A DNA stretch of 64,000 nt from positions 135 through 64,134 of the forward strand of contig JAISOV010000022.1 in NCBI GenBank assembly GCA_031275405.1, given 5' to 3'. Of the stretch, positions 1 through 9,575 are shown piece after piece. Within the stretch, counting starts at the first letter, position 1, and each line of letters starts with the position of its first letter. A model generated the notes under the pieces. The model did not search any database. It was not told the DNA's origin and saw only the letters and a list, made by a program, of their open reading frames with translations. The stretch comes from Clostridium sp. Lineage in GTDB: Bacteria; Bacillota; Clostridia; Lachnospirales; Lachnospiraceae. Position numbers and translations under genes: made by a program.

Positions 1-590
1 TTTCTTCTATTCTACCACAGTCTGGAACAGGGCGCAAGCAATTCTGCCTAAAAAAAGTACAGGCCTTTCTTTTTTTTGTATCAATCCGTGAATCCCCGTG
101 GATTTTTCTGAAACGGAACCCAGAAATCCCGCGCCGTCAAAAGGTACGTCTTTTGACAGTTCCCTCGCAAGCTCATACCCGCCGTTTTTAGGGACACTGA
201 AAAATCCCTGCTTCTGACGGCAGGAATAGACCCTGCGGTACATTTCGTGGCAGCCGAGCCTGCAAGCGAGCGTCTGAAAAAGATCTGAAAAAGTTTCCGA
301 AAGCGTTTGACAGGGCATGGGTTTTGGCGTAAATGAAACATCGCTGAAACAGTGGCTTTTCCAACGGATAGGCTCTGGGTTTCCGTTTATGCTGGCCGTC
401 CTGTCTGTTTCCGGGCGTTTTCCGGTTCGGCGCTTTTCCCGTATGTGCCATGTGATCCGTATGGCGTGGGTTTTGGCACGCAAAACCATGGTTTCAGGAA
501 ATACGACGGAAAGGGGGGCGGCCTGCTGCCCGGTACTGGCGGACTCGCGCTGCCTTCCCCGGCGTATGGATCAAAATCGCCTGGACTGTC

Positions 591-619
591 TTGACAAAAA
601 AAGACGGCAACCATATAAT
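591..619 (+). promoter_or_regulatory. sigma-70-like promoter (TTGACA-17 nt-TATAAT) upstream of the MacB-like ABC operon
   Basis: ttgaca lies at 591-596, followed by a 17-nt spacer and tataat at 614-619. Both hexamers match the consensus exactly. The first gene's ATG at 816 is ~195 nt downstream, so the leader is long. Confidence 0.6.
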
Positions 620-815
620 AAACAAGGAGACAGCAATCACATAGGGAACCGCCTAAAACCAGAACCCCGGGGACGATTCCTCCAGGAAAAGCCAGCCTAA
701 GGGAACCGTATTTCCTTTCGGGAAAGCATTCCAAGCCATGCCGAGGATAGAACCCTTATCACAGAACGCCAAAAGGGAAAAGCGCTGCGTCTCCCAGCCC
801 AAGAAAGGAATTCGG

Positions 816-1517
816 ATGCCTTTGATAGAACTGCGCAACGTCACGAAAAGCTACCGCAGCGGCCAGGTCAGCATTACCGCGTTGGACGGCGTTTCTTTAG
901 AGATCGAGCCGGGTAAATTTACGGTGATCCTGGGTCCTTCCGGCTCCGGCAAATCCACGCTGCTGAACCTGATCGGCGGCATGGACTTTGTCACCTCCGG
1001 TGAGATCATGATCGACGGCGTACACATCGAAAAGCTTTCCAAAGAGAAACTGACGAAATACCGCAGGGAAAGCATCGGATTTATTTTTCAGTTTTACAAC
1101 CTGATTCCCAATCTCACTTGCTATGAAAACGTGGACATCGCAAGCAGACTGAGTACCGACCCGCTGGACGCGGAAGCAGTGCTGGAAACGCTGGGTCTGG
1201 GCAAACGCTTCCGGAATTTCCCTGCGCAGCTGTCAGGGGGCGAACAGCAAAGGGCTTCGATCGCGCGGGCTTTGTGCAAGAACCCCAAGATCATGCTCTG
1301 CGACGAGCCGACCGGGGCGCTGGATACCCAGACGGGCAGCCATGTTCTGTCTTATCTGCAAAACATGGCGAAACAATACCGGAAAGCCGTCATTGTCGTC
1401 ACACACAACGAGTCCGCCGCCACCGCCGCCGACCGGCTGATCCGGCTCAAAGACGGGCGGATAGACAGTATTTCGGACAATCCCGCGCCCGAGATCATAG
1501 GGAAGGCGGTTACATAA
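816..1517 (+). CDS. ABC transporter ATP-binding protein (MacB/FtsE-like)
   Basis: The protein has Walker A GPSGSGKST, signature LSGGEQQR and Walker B MLCDEPTGALD. I trimmed the start to the ATG at 816 (MPLIELRNV), which follows aagaaaggaa. The stop abuts the permease ATG. Confidence 0.9.
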   Translation: MPLIELRNVTKSYRSGQVSITALDGVSLEIEPGKFTVILGPSGSGKSTLLNLIGGMDFVTSGEIMIDGVHIEKLSKEKLTKYRRESIGFIFQFYNLIPNLTCYENVDIASRLSTDPLDAEAVLETLGLGKRFRNFPAQLSGGEQQRASIARALCKNPKIMLCDEPTGALDTQTGSHVLSYLQNMAKQYRKAVIVVTHNESAATAADRLIRLKDGRIDSISDNPAPEIIGKAVT

Positions 1518-3965
1518 ATGAAGTATTTTTTCCGCAAGACCTGCCGGGATATGCTCGGCAGCTGGATGCAGTTCTTCGCGGTACTCGCCATGTCCTTTCT
1601 GTCCGTCTGCATTTATTCAGGGATCGAGGGCGTGTGGTACGGGCTGGACCGGGTGGCTTCCGATTATTATGAGCAGACAGCCATCGCGGACTACCGGATC
1701 TACTGCGAAGGCGTTTCCGAAACGCAGCTGGACGAAATCCAAGGAATCGGACAGGTGGAAGCCGCGTCCGTTTCTATGTCCGTGAACGTCGGCTTTCAAG
1801 ACGCTTTGCCCGGCAATGGCAACCCGGTTCTGCGGCTGCGGACGTTCCGGGAAAGCGACCGTGTTTCCACCTTTCTGACACAGGAGGGAAACGTTTTTTC
1901 GGAAACCCCGGCAGACGCCGTATGGCTGGATCTGTCCTTTGCGCAGGCGCATGATATAGAGACGGGAGATACCGTCAAGCTGTCTTTTTCCTATCCGCCG
2001 TCTGTTATCTCAGAAACGGGGCGGACGGGAGACCGCCTATCCGCTTCTGGCTTTACGTACTCCTTGGCAGGCATGGAACAGTCCGCGGAAAACACGCTTC
2101 CCGCCGTGATCTCCTTGGAAAAAGAATTGACGGTGGAAGGACTCGTGTTAAGTTCCGAATACATCTACGATACCGGTTCCGCCACCGAAATCGTGCCGAA
2201 TCACGAGCTGTACGGATACTGTTTCGTCTCCGAACAGACGGCGCGGCAGTTTCTGGGAACCCTGATCTATCATGAAATCCGGCTTAAAACCGGGCGGGAC
2301 GCGGATACGGCCGTCCTCCGGAAGGAACTGGAGCGGATCCTGGGGGAGAGCTACCGGGATATGGTGGAAAAGGACGACATTCCCGCCGTCAGCCAGATCA
2401 CAAAAGAAGTACGGCAGATGAAGACCATGGCGCAGAGGTTCTCCTTTGTGTTCATCCTATTGGCGCTGCTCACCATGTATACCACGATGAGTCGCCTGGT
2501 CCACCTACAGAGTATGGAAATAGGGCTGTTCAAGGCCCTTGGTTTTTCCAACTCCTTCCTGCGTCTCCATTATGCCCTTTACGGGTTCATCGTCTCCGCG
2601 CTGGGCGGCTTTCTGGGCAGCGTCTTTGGCCCCATCATTGTTTCGCCCGCTGTCATGGCGCTCAAAAAGGCAACCCTCGTCCTGCCCCGCTGGGAAACCC
2701 GGACTTCCTACGCCACCTGCCTGCTCGTCGCGGCCATCACCGTGGTCTGCACCTGTTCCTGCCTGGCGGCTTCGCGCCGGAGCCTGACGGAAGTTCCGGC
2801 TGTATCCATGCGGACGAAGCCCCCGAAAGAAGGCACGGAAAGCTTTTTTGAAAAAATCCCGTTCCTATGGAGCCTGTTTTCCTCAGCGTGGCGGTGGATT
2901 TTTCGTGACGTCAGCCGGGCGAAGCTGCGGACACTGATCGGAATCGTAGGGGTGGCGGGCGGTCTGACGCTGATCGTGGCCGGGGTGGGCGTCCGGGATT
3001 CTATCCGCAGCTCCAACGAATATGTGTATCATGTCCAGAACCGTTATCAGGAAAAACTGCTTCTGGCTTCAGCCGCAAGCGACGAGGACAAGGCGCTGAT
3101 CGAAGAGCGCACCGACAAAGGGCAGTGGCTGATGGAACAGGCGGCGGAATTCACCGCCGCCGGGGATTCCCGCAAGGGCCTGCTTACGGTCGCCGACGGC
3201 ATGGATCTGCTCTATTTTGAGGATCCGGACAGGAAGCCGGTGAAGCTTTCCGAAGACGGGGTGCTGCTCACACGCAAGCTGGCGGAGCGGCTCGGCGCAC
3301 AGGCAGGCGAGGAAATCCGCTTCCGCGTCATCGGTACGCAGCTTACCTTGACCGCCAAAATCGCCCAGATCATCTATTCTCCCGCCCCTCAGGGGATTTT
3401 TATCGCCCGGAAATATTTTGAAGCCATCGGCGGAGATTTTGCCGCGGATTCCATTTTGATTTCTAACGAAGCGCAAGGCCGAAGCTATTCCGACATTCCC
3501 TCCGTCCGGGAGATCGTGACGATCGAAGCCCAGGAAGAGAACATGAACACCATGCTGCGCAGCGTCATGACTATCATCGGTCTGCTGATCGTGGCTTCGC
3601 TCGTGTTAAGTTCGGTCATCCTGTACAACCTCGGCACGCTGAATTTTATGGAACGGCGCCGGGAATACGCCACGATGCAAGTCCTCGGCTTCTACCAGAA
3701 AGAAATCCGCTCTCTGATGTTACGGGAAAACGTACTGATACTGACGGCAGGTCTGTTGCTCGGCGCCCCGGTCAGCCTGAAATTCCTGGAAGGATACCTC
3801 GGTATCATCGCGTTTGATTCCTTTGAATGGATACCGCAGATCCATCCCTTGAGCTTTGCCCTCTGCGTAGGGGTCATAGCGCTGTGTTCGGTGGCCACGA
3901 CCTTGGTCCTGAGCTGGAAGGCGGGAAATATCGTGATGGCGGAGTCCCTGAAATCCATGGAATAG
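1518..3965 (+). CDS. ABC transporter permease, FtsX/MacB-type with two FtsX-like TM bundles and large extracytoplasmic domains
   Basis: This 815-aa ORF starts directly after the ATPase stop (taaATG). It has an N-terminal TM segment, two hydrophobic 4-TM blocks (around aa 300-420 and 690-800) and large soluble regions between them. That layout is typical of FtsX-family permeases. Confidence 0.85.
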   Translation: MKYFFRKTCRDMLGSWMQFFAVLAMSFLSVCIYSGIEGVWYGLDRVASDYYEQTAIADYRIYCEGVSETQLDEIQGIGQVEAASVSMSVNVGFQDALPGNGNPVLRLRTFRESDRVSTFLTQEGNVFSETPADAVWLDLSFAQAHDIETGDTVKLSFSYPPSVISETGRTGDRLSASGFTYSLAGMEQSAENTLPAVISLEKELTVEGLVLSSEYIYDTGSATEIVPNHELYGYCFVSEQTARQFLGTLIYHEIRLKTGRDADTAVLRKELERILGESYRDMVEKDDIPAVSQITKEVRQMKTMAQRFSFVFILLALLTMYTTMSRLVHLQSMEIGLFKALGFSNSFLRLHYALYGFIVSALGGFLGSVFGPIIVSPAVMALKKATLVLPRWETRTSYATCLLVAAITVVCTCSCLAASRRSLTEVPAVSMRTKPPKEGTESFFEKIPFLWSLFSSAWRWIFRDVSRAKLRTLIGIVGVAGGLTLIVAGVGVRDSIRSSNEYVYHVQNRYQEKLLLASAASDEDKALIEERTDKGQWLMEQAAEFTAAGDSRKGLLTVADGMDLLYFEDPDRKPVKLSEDGVLLTRKLAERLGAQAGEEIRFRVIGTQLTLTAKIAQIIYSPAPQGIFIARKYFEAIGGDFAADSILISNEAQGRSYSDIPSVREIVTIEAQEENMNTMLRSVMTIIGLLIVASLVLSSVILYNLGTLNFMERRREYATMQVLGFYQKEIRSLMLRENVLILTAGLLLGAPVSLKFLEGYLGIIAFDSFEWIPQIHPLSFALCVGVIALCSVATTLVLSWKAGNIVMAESLKSME

Positions 3966-4181
3966 ACCGTTACGGGAACAGTTTGCCCACGGGTGGGCTG
4001 CCGTGGGAACAGGTTGCCTATGGAACAGGCCGTTCGGAGGTTCTGAGAAAATTTTTACTCTTCACAGCTTCTTTATATTCTTTCGGTATACTGTATCTGT
4101 CAGTCCAGGGCAGAACTGCGCAGAGCGCGGCAGACGCCCGTCCGCAACGCTTCCGCCCAGGCAGGGAAGCCATCAGCTTCC

Positions 4182-5459
4182 CTAAGCCTTTCCCGCGTCC
4201 AGCTGTTTCCGACCCGCCGCAAGGATGAAGAAACCTACCGCGAACAGGGCGATGATAGACAGGATGGAATAAGAACTGCGCCCGGTGGCGTTGCGGACGA
4301 TGGAATAGAGCAGCGGCCCCATGATTGCGGCAAATTTGCCGAAAATATCAAAGAAGCCGAAGTATTCACCGGAACGTTCCGGGGGTACTAATTTCCCAAA
4401 ATAGGAACGGGATACGGCCTGTATGCCGCCTTGCACCGTTCCGACCAGGATGGCGAGAATCCAGAAGATGGTAAGCGCGGTGTTCACGCCAAAGTAGGAT
4501 TCCTCCAAGCCGAAGCCCATGATAAAGCCCAAGACACAAATAAAAATATACATCACGACGGAAAAACGAATGAGTCTCAAAGAAGACGTTTTTCCGCTCA
4601 GATGGCCGAACAGCAAGGCACTGGGAACCCCCACCAGCTGCGTCACCATTAACGCCACGATCATACCGGTGGAATCCAGTCCGAGCGTGGAGCCGTAAGC
4701 GGTAGCCATGCCGATCACCGTCCCCACGCCGTCTATATAGAAGAAATAAGCGCAGATAAAAATCAGAAGAGCGCGTTCGTGTAAAATGTCCTTGGCGGTC
4801 TTTAGAATGGATTGGAACGTCGTCCGGAGGAACGCTTTCGGGGGAGCGCCCGAATCGTGCCGGTGCTTTACGTTCCGCAGGAGCGGGATACTGAAAATCC
4901 CCCACCAGACCGCAGTCAGGACAATGGAAATCCGTACCGGTGTTGTTCCGCTCAGTCCGAATTTGCTGCCGAAAGAAATGAGAAGAATGCTGATGACAAA
5001 AGGAATGGTGCTGCCGCCGATGTAGCCGCAGGCAAAACCGATGGTGGAGAGCCTGTCCATACGCTCCCTGCTCGTCACGTCCGTCAAAAAGCTGTCATAC
5101 ATCAGCAAGGTTCCAGACCAGCCGACATGGGAAACGACATATCCCAGAAGCAGCAGGGGCCAGGAAGACCAGAACGCGGAAAGGAGCGTAAACAGGATAC
5201 CGACGGCAAGAAAGGCACAGAACAGTTTCTTTTTCCAGCCCTTATAATCCGCCAGGGCGCCGAACAACGGCGAGCAGACCGCCAGTACGACCGTCGAGAT
5301 ACTCGTGGCGATGCCCCACCAGTAATCCCCCGCCTGCACCGAAGCTCTGCTCATGGTGGTAAAGTAGATGGGGAATATGGCGGCGACCATGATGGTCGCG
5401 TACACAGAGTTGGCCCAGTCGTATGTCACCCAGCTTTTTTCTTCCTTTGTCAGTTTCAT
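4182..5459 (-). CDS. MFS transporter (UMF1/Atg22-like family)
   Basis: The protein is about 425 aa and very hydrophobic, with a ~12-TM pattern. The N-terminus MKLTKEEKSWVTYDWANSVYAT is typical of UMF1-family MFS proteins. The start was moved to the ATG at 5459, which follows aaaggtga. Confidence 0.8.
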   Translation of the reverse strand: MKLTKEEKSWVTYDWANSVYATIMVAAIFPIYFTTMSRASVQAGDYWWGIATSISTVVLAVCSPLFGALADYKGWKKKLFCAFLAVGILFTLLSAFWSSWPLLLLGYVVSHVGWSGTLLMYDSFLTDVTSRERMDRLSTIGFACGYIGGSTIPFVISILLISFGSKFGLSGTTPVRISIVLTAVWWGIFSIPLLRNVKHRHDSGAPPKAFLRTTFQSILKTAKDILHERALLIFICAYFFYIDGVGTVIGMATAYGSTLGLDSTGMIVALMVTQLVGVPSALLFGHLSGKTSSLRLIRFSVVMYIFICVLGFIMGFGLEESYFGVNTALTIFWILAILVGTVQGGIQAVSRSYFGKLVPPERSGEYFGFFDIFGKFAAIMGPLLYSIVRNATGRSSYSILSIIALFAVGFFILAAGRKQLDAGKA

Positions 5460-5572
5460 CTGATCACCTTTTCCGTGGAATATGTTCCACAAAATCCCTT
5501 TCTGAAAGTCGTGAAGCTATGCCAGTGTATTCCCAGCTCTGCGCCTCCGAATCCCTACCGAATCCCACAACA

Positions 5573-6769
5573 TCAGTTCCCCGCACCGAACCCTTGCAGC
5601 CCTAACACGTTGGCTACCAGCTTCGTCACGTCGGTAATCCTGCCTCCCGTTTTGCGCGCGTCCGCCGGAAAATCCCCGCCGCGTACCCCATAAAACACAT
5701 GGTAATCTTCGTAATCCGTAGGATAGCCATGGTTCCCTTTTTCGATGCCGTGTCTTTCCGGTTCCGCGCCGCAGTCTGCCGCCGATCTGGCTTTTTCCTC
5801 ATAGAAGCACCAGCCTGGTTTTGCCGCTATGCCGAATAAGGCGACGGAAGAATAACCGGAAATCGTCATTTCTTCTTCCGTCAGGAAACGACCGAACCAC
5901 TTTTCCTGGCAGACCTTATGAAGCAGTTCCCGGCAGAAAGGCATTTCGGAAAGAAGCGATCTGCTCGGAGGATTCCCTTTTTTGATCCGGAAAAACGCGC
6001 TGCCGCCGCATAACTCGAACGCGCCTGTCTCGTTTTCTCCCGCCAAGGTGTTCGGGTCGGCGGTATGCCCCACCTGGAGCTGCCCATGGTCTGAAAAAAT
6101 GACAGTTATGACATTCTCCCCGGCGGCTTCCAGTAAACGCCCGAGATTCCGGTCAAGAGAGACCACCGCAGGCTGTAGTCTGCCGAAGTCTTTCCCATAC
6201 ATATGGCAGAAAGCGTCGTATGCCGTCAGGTGTACCAAGGTCAGATCCGGTTTCTTGCGCCGCAGCACATCCACCGCCACGCTGGTCGTAAAATCGTCCA
6301 GATAGGGCTGCGTGATCCCGCGCAACTTTTTCCGGTGTCTCATAAATTCGCGAAGCTGAAACCAACGGCTTCCGGCACGGAGGTTTTCAAGAATCTGATT
6401 TTGGCCAGGCAGAATATGCAGCTCCGGCACATTATACCTGATCTTGGCGTACCCGGTAACAGGCCATAAGACCGCCGCCACGCGCAGCCCTTTTTCAGCG
6501 GCGGCATCCCAGAGGGTCTTGGCTTGAATCCGGCGGCTGTCACAGACCCATCGCCCGTTTCGCAGATTGGAGATGATTTTATGGTCTTTTGGCGGCAGGC
6601 CTGTGGCAACGGTGGTATGAACCGGATAGGTATTCGATACGAAAACGGTTTCTACTCCGGACACCAGAGTACCCTTCTGTAAAAATCCCGCGACGCAAGG
6701 GCTGGTTCCAGCCATCCGCAGCAGATCCGTATCGGAAACAGCGTCAAAGCTGATCACCAACACACGCAT
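5573..6769 (-). CDS. nucleotide pyrophosphatase/phosphodiesterase family protein (alkaline-phosphatase superfamily)
   Basis: The N-terminus is MRVLVISFDAVS. The metal/nucleophile region is NTYPVHTTVATGLPPKDHKI, followed by the later blocks FSDHGQ and HGYPTD. The ORF was trimmed to the ATG at 6769. Confidence 0.75.
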   Translation of the reverse strand: MRVLVISFDAVSDTDLLRMAGTSPCVAGFLQKGTLVSGVETVFVSNTYPVHTTVATGLPPKDHKIISNLRNGRWVCDSRRIQAKTLWDAAAEKGLRVAAVLWPVTGYAKIRYNVPELHILPGQNQILENLRAGSRWFQLREFMRHRKKLRGITQPYLDDFTTSVAVDVLRRKKPDLTLVHLTAYDAFCHMYGKDFGRLQPAVVSLDRNLGRLLEAAGENVITVIFSDHGQLQVGHTADPNTLAGENETGAFELCGGSAFFRIKKGNPPSRSLLSEMPFCRELLHKVCQEKWFGRFLTEEEMTISGYSSVALFGIAAKPGWCFYEEKARSAADCGAEPERHGIEKGNHGYPTDYEDYHVFYGVRGGDFPADARKTGGRITDVTKLVANVLGLQGFGAGN

Positions 6770-7071
6770 GATAAGCCCCCCCCTGTGACAATAAATTTGC
6801 GGATAAGGCATCGCATCCAGCCATGTTTTCTTCCAACTCGTGCCGAAGCTAAAATAAGAGGAGCAAATGGTCTCACAAGGATAAAAAAAGAAAGCCTCTT
6901 TTTTAAGATTAAAGCATGAGGCCGGGATATTTGTCAAGATGGCTGCGAAGTATTTTCCGGGGTTTCGCCGCAGATCTGTTACCATTCAGCTGTCCTTGCG
7001 GAATGTGTTCAGCTGTCCTTGCGGAACAGGAACCGCAGCAACAAAAAGTTTCAAAATTTCCGGAAAAGCCC

Positions 7072-7122
7072 TTGACAGGCACGAACAGGTGTTTTATACT
7101 AAAAAAACAGAACATTTGTTCC
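7072..7122 (+). promoter_or_regulatory. recA promoter with LexA (Cheo/SOS) boxes
   Basis: ttgaca lies at 7072-7077, followed by 17 nt and tatact at 7095-7100. An imperfect box, cgaacaggtgtttt (7082-7095), sits in the spacer. AGAACATTTGTTCC at 7109-7122 has a perfect GAAC-N4-GTTC core just downstream of the -10. The recA ATG is at 7147 after aaaaggaga. Confidence 0.65.
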
Positions 7123-7146
7123 ATGACGAAAAGGAGAATATCAAAC

Positions 7147-8325
7147 ATGGAAAAAAACGAGAGACTCAAAGCGCTCGACGCGGCTCTTACCCAGATTGAA
7201 AAGCAGTATGGAAAGGGAGCGGTCATGAGACTGGGCGATCCCTCCATACAGATGAACGTGGAAACAGTACCCACAGGTTCCTTGAGCCTGGATATTGCCT
7301 TAGGACTCGGAGGGATCCCGAAAGGCAGGATCGTGGAGATCTACGGGCCGGAATCCAGCGGCAAAACCACCGTCACCCTGCATATGATAGCGGAAGTGCA
7401 GAAAAGGGGCGGTATTGCCGGTTTCATTGACGCGGAACACGCGCTGGATCCGGTATATGCCAGAAATATCGGGGTAGATATTGATAATCTGTACATTTCC
7501 CAGCCGGACAACGGGGAACAGGCCCTGGAGATCACGGAGACGATGGTGCGTTCCGGCGCGGTAGATATTGTGGTCATTGATTCCGTAGCGGCTCTGGTAC
7601 CCAAAGCGGAGATTGACGGCGACATGGGAGACAGCCATGTAGGCTTACAGGCGCGTCTCATGTCCCAGGCACTCCGGAAACTGACTGCGGTGATCAGTAA
7701 ATCGAACTGTATCGTGATCTTTATCAACCAGCTCCGCGAAAAGGTCGGCGTGGTATATGGCAACCCGGAAACCACCACCGGCGGCAGGGCGCTGAAATTT
7801 TATTCTTCCGTACGTCTGGACGTCAGAAAAATCGAAACGCTGAAGCAAAGCGGAGAGATGATCGGGAACCGTACCCGTGTAAAAGTAGTCAAGAACAAAA
7901 TAGCTCCGCCATTTCGGGAAGCGGAGTTTGACATCATGTTCGGAGAAGGGATTTCCACAGTAGGAGATATACTGGATCTAGCAACCGGAATCGATCTGGT
8001 CAACAAGTCCGGAGCCTGGTACTCTTATGGAGGAGCCAAAATCGGACAAGGGCGGGAAAACGCCAAGCAGTATCTGAAAGACAATCCAACAGTCCTGAAA
8101 GAAGTAGAGGAAAAAGTAAGGAAGCATTATCAGCTGGACGGCGCCAAGGCGGCAAAAGAAGAAGCGGCACAGGACAGCAAAAAGTTTCCGGAAACAACGC
8201 AAGGCGACAAAGACGGCAAGAAGCTTTCGGAAACAATATCGGACGGCAGTGACGGCAAGAAATCTCCAGAAGCAGGAATGAAAGGGGCAGGGAAGCGGGG
8301 CGCGGCAGCCAGGGAGCAGACATGA
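7147..8325 (+). CDS. recA: recombinase RecA
   Basis: The sequence is unmistakably RecA: [23 protein letters not shown], Walker [20 protein letters not shown] and [10 protein letters not shown]. The ORF was trimmed to the ATG at 7147. It carries a ~60-aa K/E/G/D-rich C-terminal extension. Confidence 0.97.
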   Translation: MEKNERLKALDAALTQIEKQYGKGAVMRLGDPSIQMNVETVPTGSLSLDIALGLGGIPKGRIVEIYGPESSGKTTVTLHMIAEVQKRGGIAGFIDAEHALDPVYARNIGVDIDNLYISQPDNGEQALEITETMVRSGAVDIVVIDSVAALVPKAEIDGDMGDSHVGLQARLMSQALRKLTAVISKSNCIVIFINQLREKVGVVYGNPETTTGGRALKFYSSVRLDVRKIETLKQSGEMIGNRTRVKVVKNKIAPPFREAEFDIMFGEGISTVGDILDLATGIDLVNKSGAWYSYGGAKIGQGRENAKQYLKDNPTVLKEVEEKVRKHYQLDGAKAAKEEAAQDSKKFPETTQGDKDGKKLSETISDGSDGKKSPEAGMKGAGKRGAAAREQT

Positions 8326-9200
8326 GAGTTACCCAGATCACGGAACTATCCGGATCCCGAAGCAAGATATACATAGAACAGGTACTCGCTTTTGTCTTAT
8401 ACCAAGGCGAGATATATCTTCATGGCATCCGGGAGGGAGAAGAGATCGAAGAAGCGCAATATCATCAAATTATGGACGAGGTGCTTCCCAGACGCGCCAA
8501 GCTGCGGTGTATGAACCTGCTGAAGCACCGGGACTATACGGAAGCGCAGCTCCGGGAGAAATTACGGCAAGGATATTATCCCCAGGGGATCATTGACCGG
8601 ACCATCGAATATGCCGCGTCTTTCCACTATATCAACGACTACCGTTACGCGGCAAACTACATTGCTTTTTATGCGGCTTCTAAAAGCAAAAAAAGAATCG
8701 ATCAGGAATTATGGCGCAAAGGCATAGGAAAGGAAATTTTAGAGAACGCATGGCTGGAAAGGGAAAACCGCCGCAATGCCGACAGCGGCGACAAGGATGG
8801 CAGTCATAGTGATGACAGCGGCGGTGACAGTAACGGCAGTGACGGCGATAGCAGTTCCAGCGACGGCAGCGGCGGCCATAAGAGCGGCGGTGACAGCAAA
8901 AGCAGTAACGGGGGCAGCGGCTGCCGTGACGGCAGCCATCGCAATCACTGCGGCGACGGCTATGGCAACGCTGACAGGAATCGTGTCGGCGGTGACAAGA
9001 GAGAAGCGTATGACCGAAGAAGGGAAGAGGAAACCGCCATGATGCGGGAACTGCTGTCAAAGAAGCGCTACCAGCCGGAAACAGCCGACGAAAAAGAAAA
9101 AAGGAGAGTGTATTCCTTCCTGGTGCGAAAAGGGTTTTCCAGGGCGGAAGCGGCAAAAGTCATGCGTCTTCCACTGGAGGAAGCCCTGTCGCCGCCCTGA
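8322..9200 (+). CDS. recX: recombination regulator RecX (with G/S/D-rich insertion)
   Basis: The start overlaps the recA stop (ATGA). The RecX-like helical repeats include [49 protein letters not shown] and, at the C-terminus, [18 protein letters not shown]. Confidence 0.85.
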   Translation: MRVTQITELSGSRSKIYIEQVLAFVLYQGEIYLHGIREGEEIEEAQYHQIMDEVLPRRAKLRCMNLLKHRDYTEAQLREKLRQGYYPQGIIDRTIEYAASFHYINDYRYAANYIAFYAASKSKKRIDQELWRKGIGKEILENAWLERENRRNADSGDKDGSHSDDSGGDSNGSDGDSSSSDGSGGHKSGGDSKSSNGGSGCRDGSHRNHCGDGYGNADRNRVGGDKREAYDRRREEETAMMRELLSKKRYQPETADEKEKRRVYSFLVRKGFSRAEAAKVMRLPLEEALSPP

Positions 9201-9485
9201 TGTGGAAATAAGAAAACAGGCGTTGACCCAAGCTGCAGAGGAGGATGAGCAAGGTTATCCTAGCTGTAGAGGATGATAAGGAGTAAGGAATACATGGAAA
9301 ACATACAGGGGAACTGTGTATGCGGAGCGGTGAAGATCATACTTCCTATGAAGACCAATGACATATCTTGCAGCCGTTTTTTAAGCTGACATTTCTGAGC
9401 CTACACAGACTTGAACGCAGATCAGCATTCCCCGGCTTCCAGCACGCAAAGAGCTAAGCGGCGGGTACCGGGAGCTGCTTCATAG

Positions 9486-9525
9486 CCGCTGCGCTGCCTG
9501 CGTTCCTAAGCAGGCAGCGCAGCGG
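9486..9525 (-). terminator. 16-bp perfect GC-rich hairpin downstream of the MscS gene (terminator-like, no U tract)
   Basis: ccgctgcgctgcctgc (9486-9501) and gcaggcagcgcagcgg (9510-9525) pair perfectly around an 8-nt loop. The hairpin is 50 nt past the stop of the minus-strand MscS gene and lies between two convergent genes. Confidence 0.45.
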
Positions 9526-9575
9526 AATGCGAACGTCCGCTTTACACAGCTTCCCTGCCGGACAGGGGCAGATAC

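Noticed and set aside
1-590. ORFs 7-489 (-), 317-700 (+) and 387-734 (-) at the left edge of the window.
   Set aside because: The translations show no motif I recognise and no RBS. They overlap each other. The region is left unassigned rather than called.
8680-9156. Three long ORFs (8680-9156, 8739-8948 and 8776-9042) inside recX.
   Set aside because: They are alternative-frame readings of the GC-rich quasi-repeat that encodes the RecX G/S/D linker. The recX frame is anchored by conserved flanks and by the ATGA coupling to recA.
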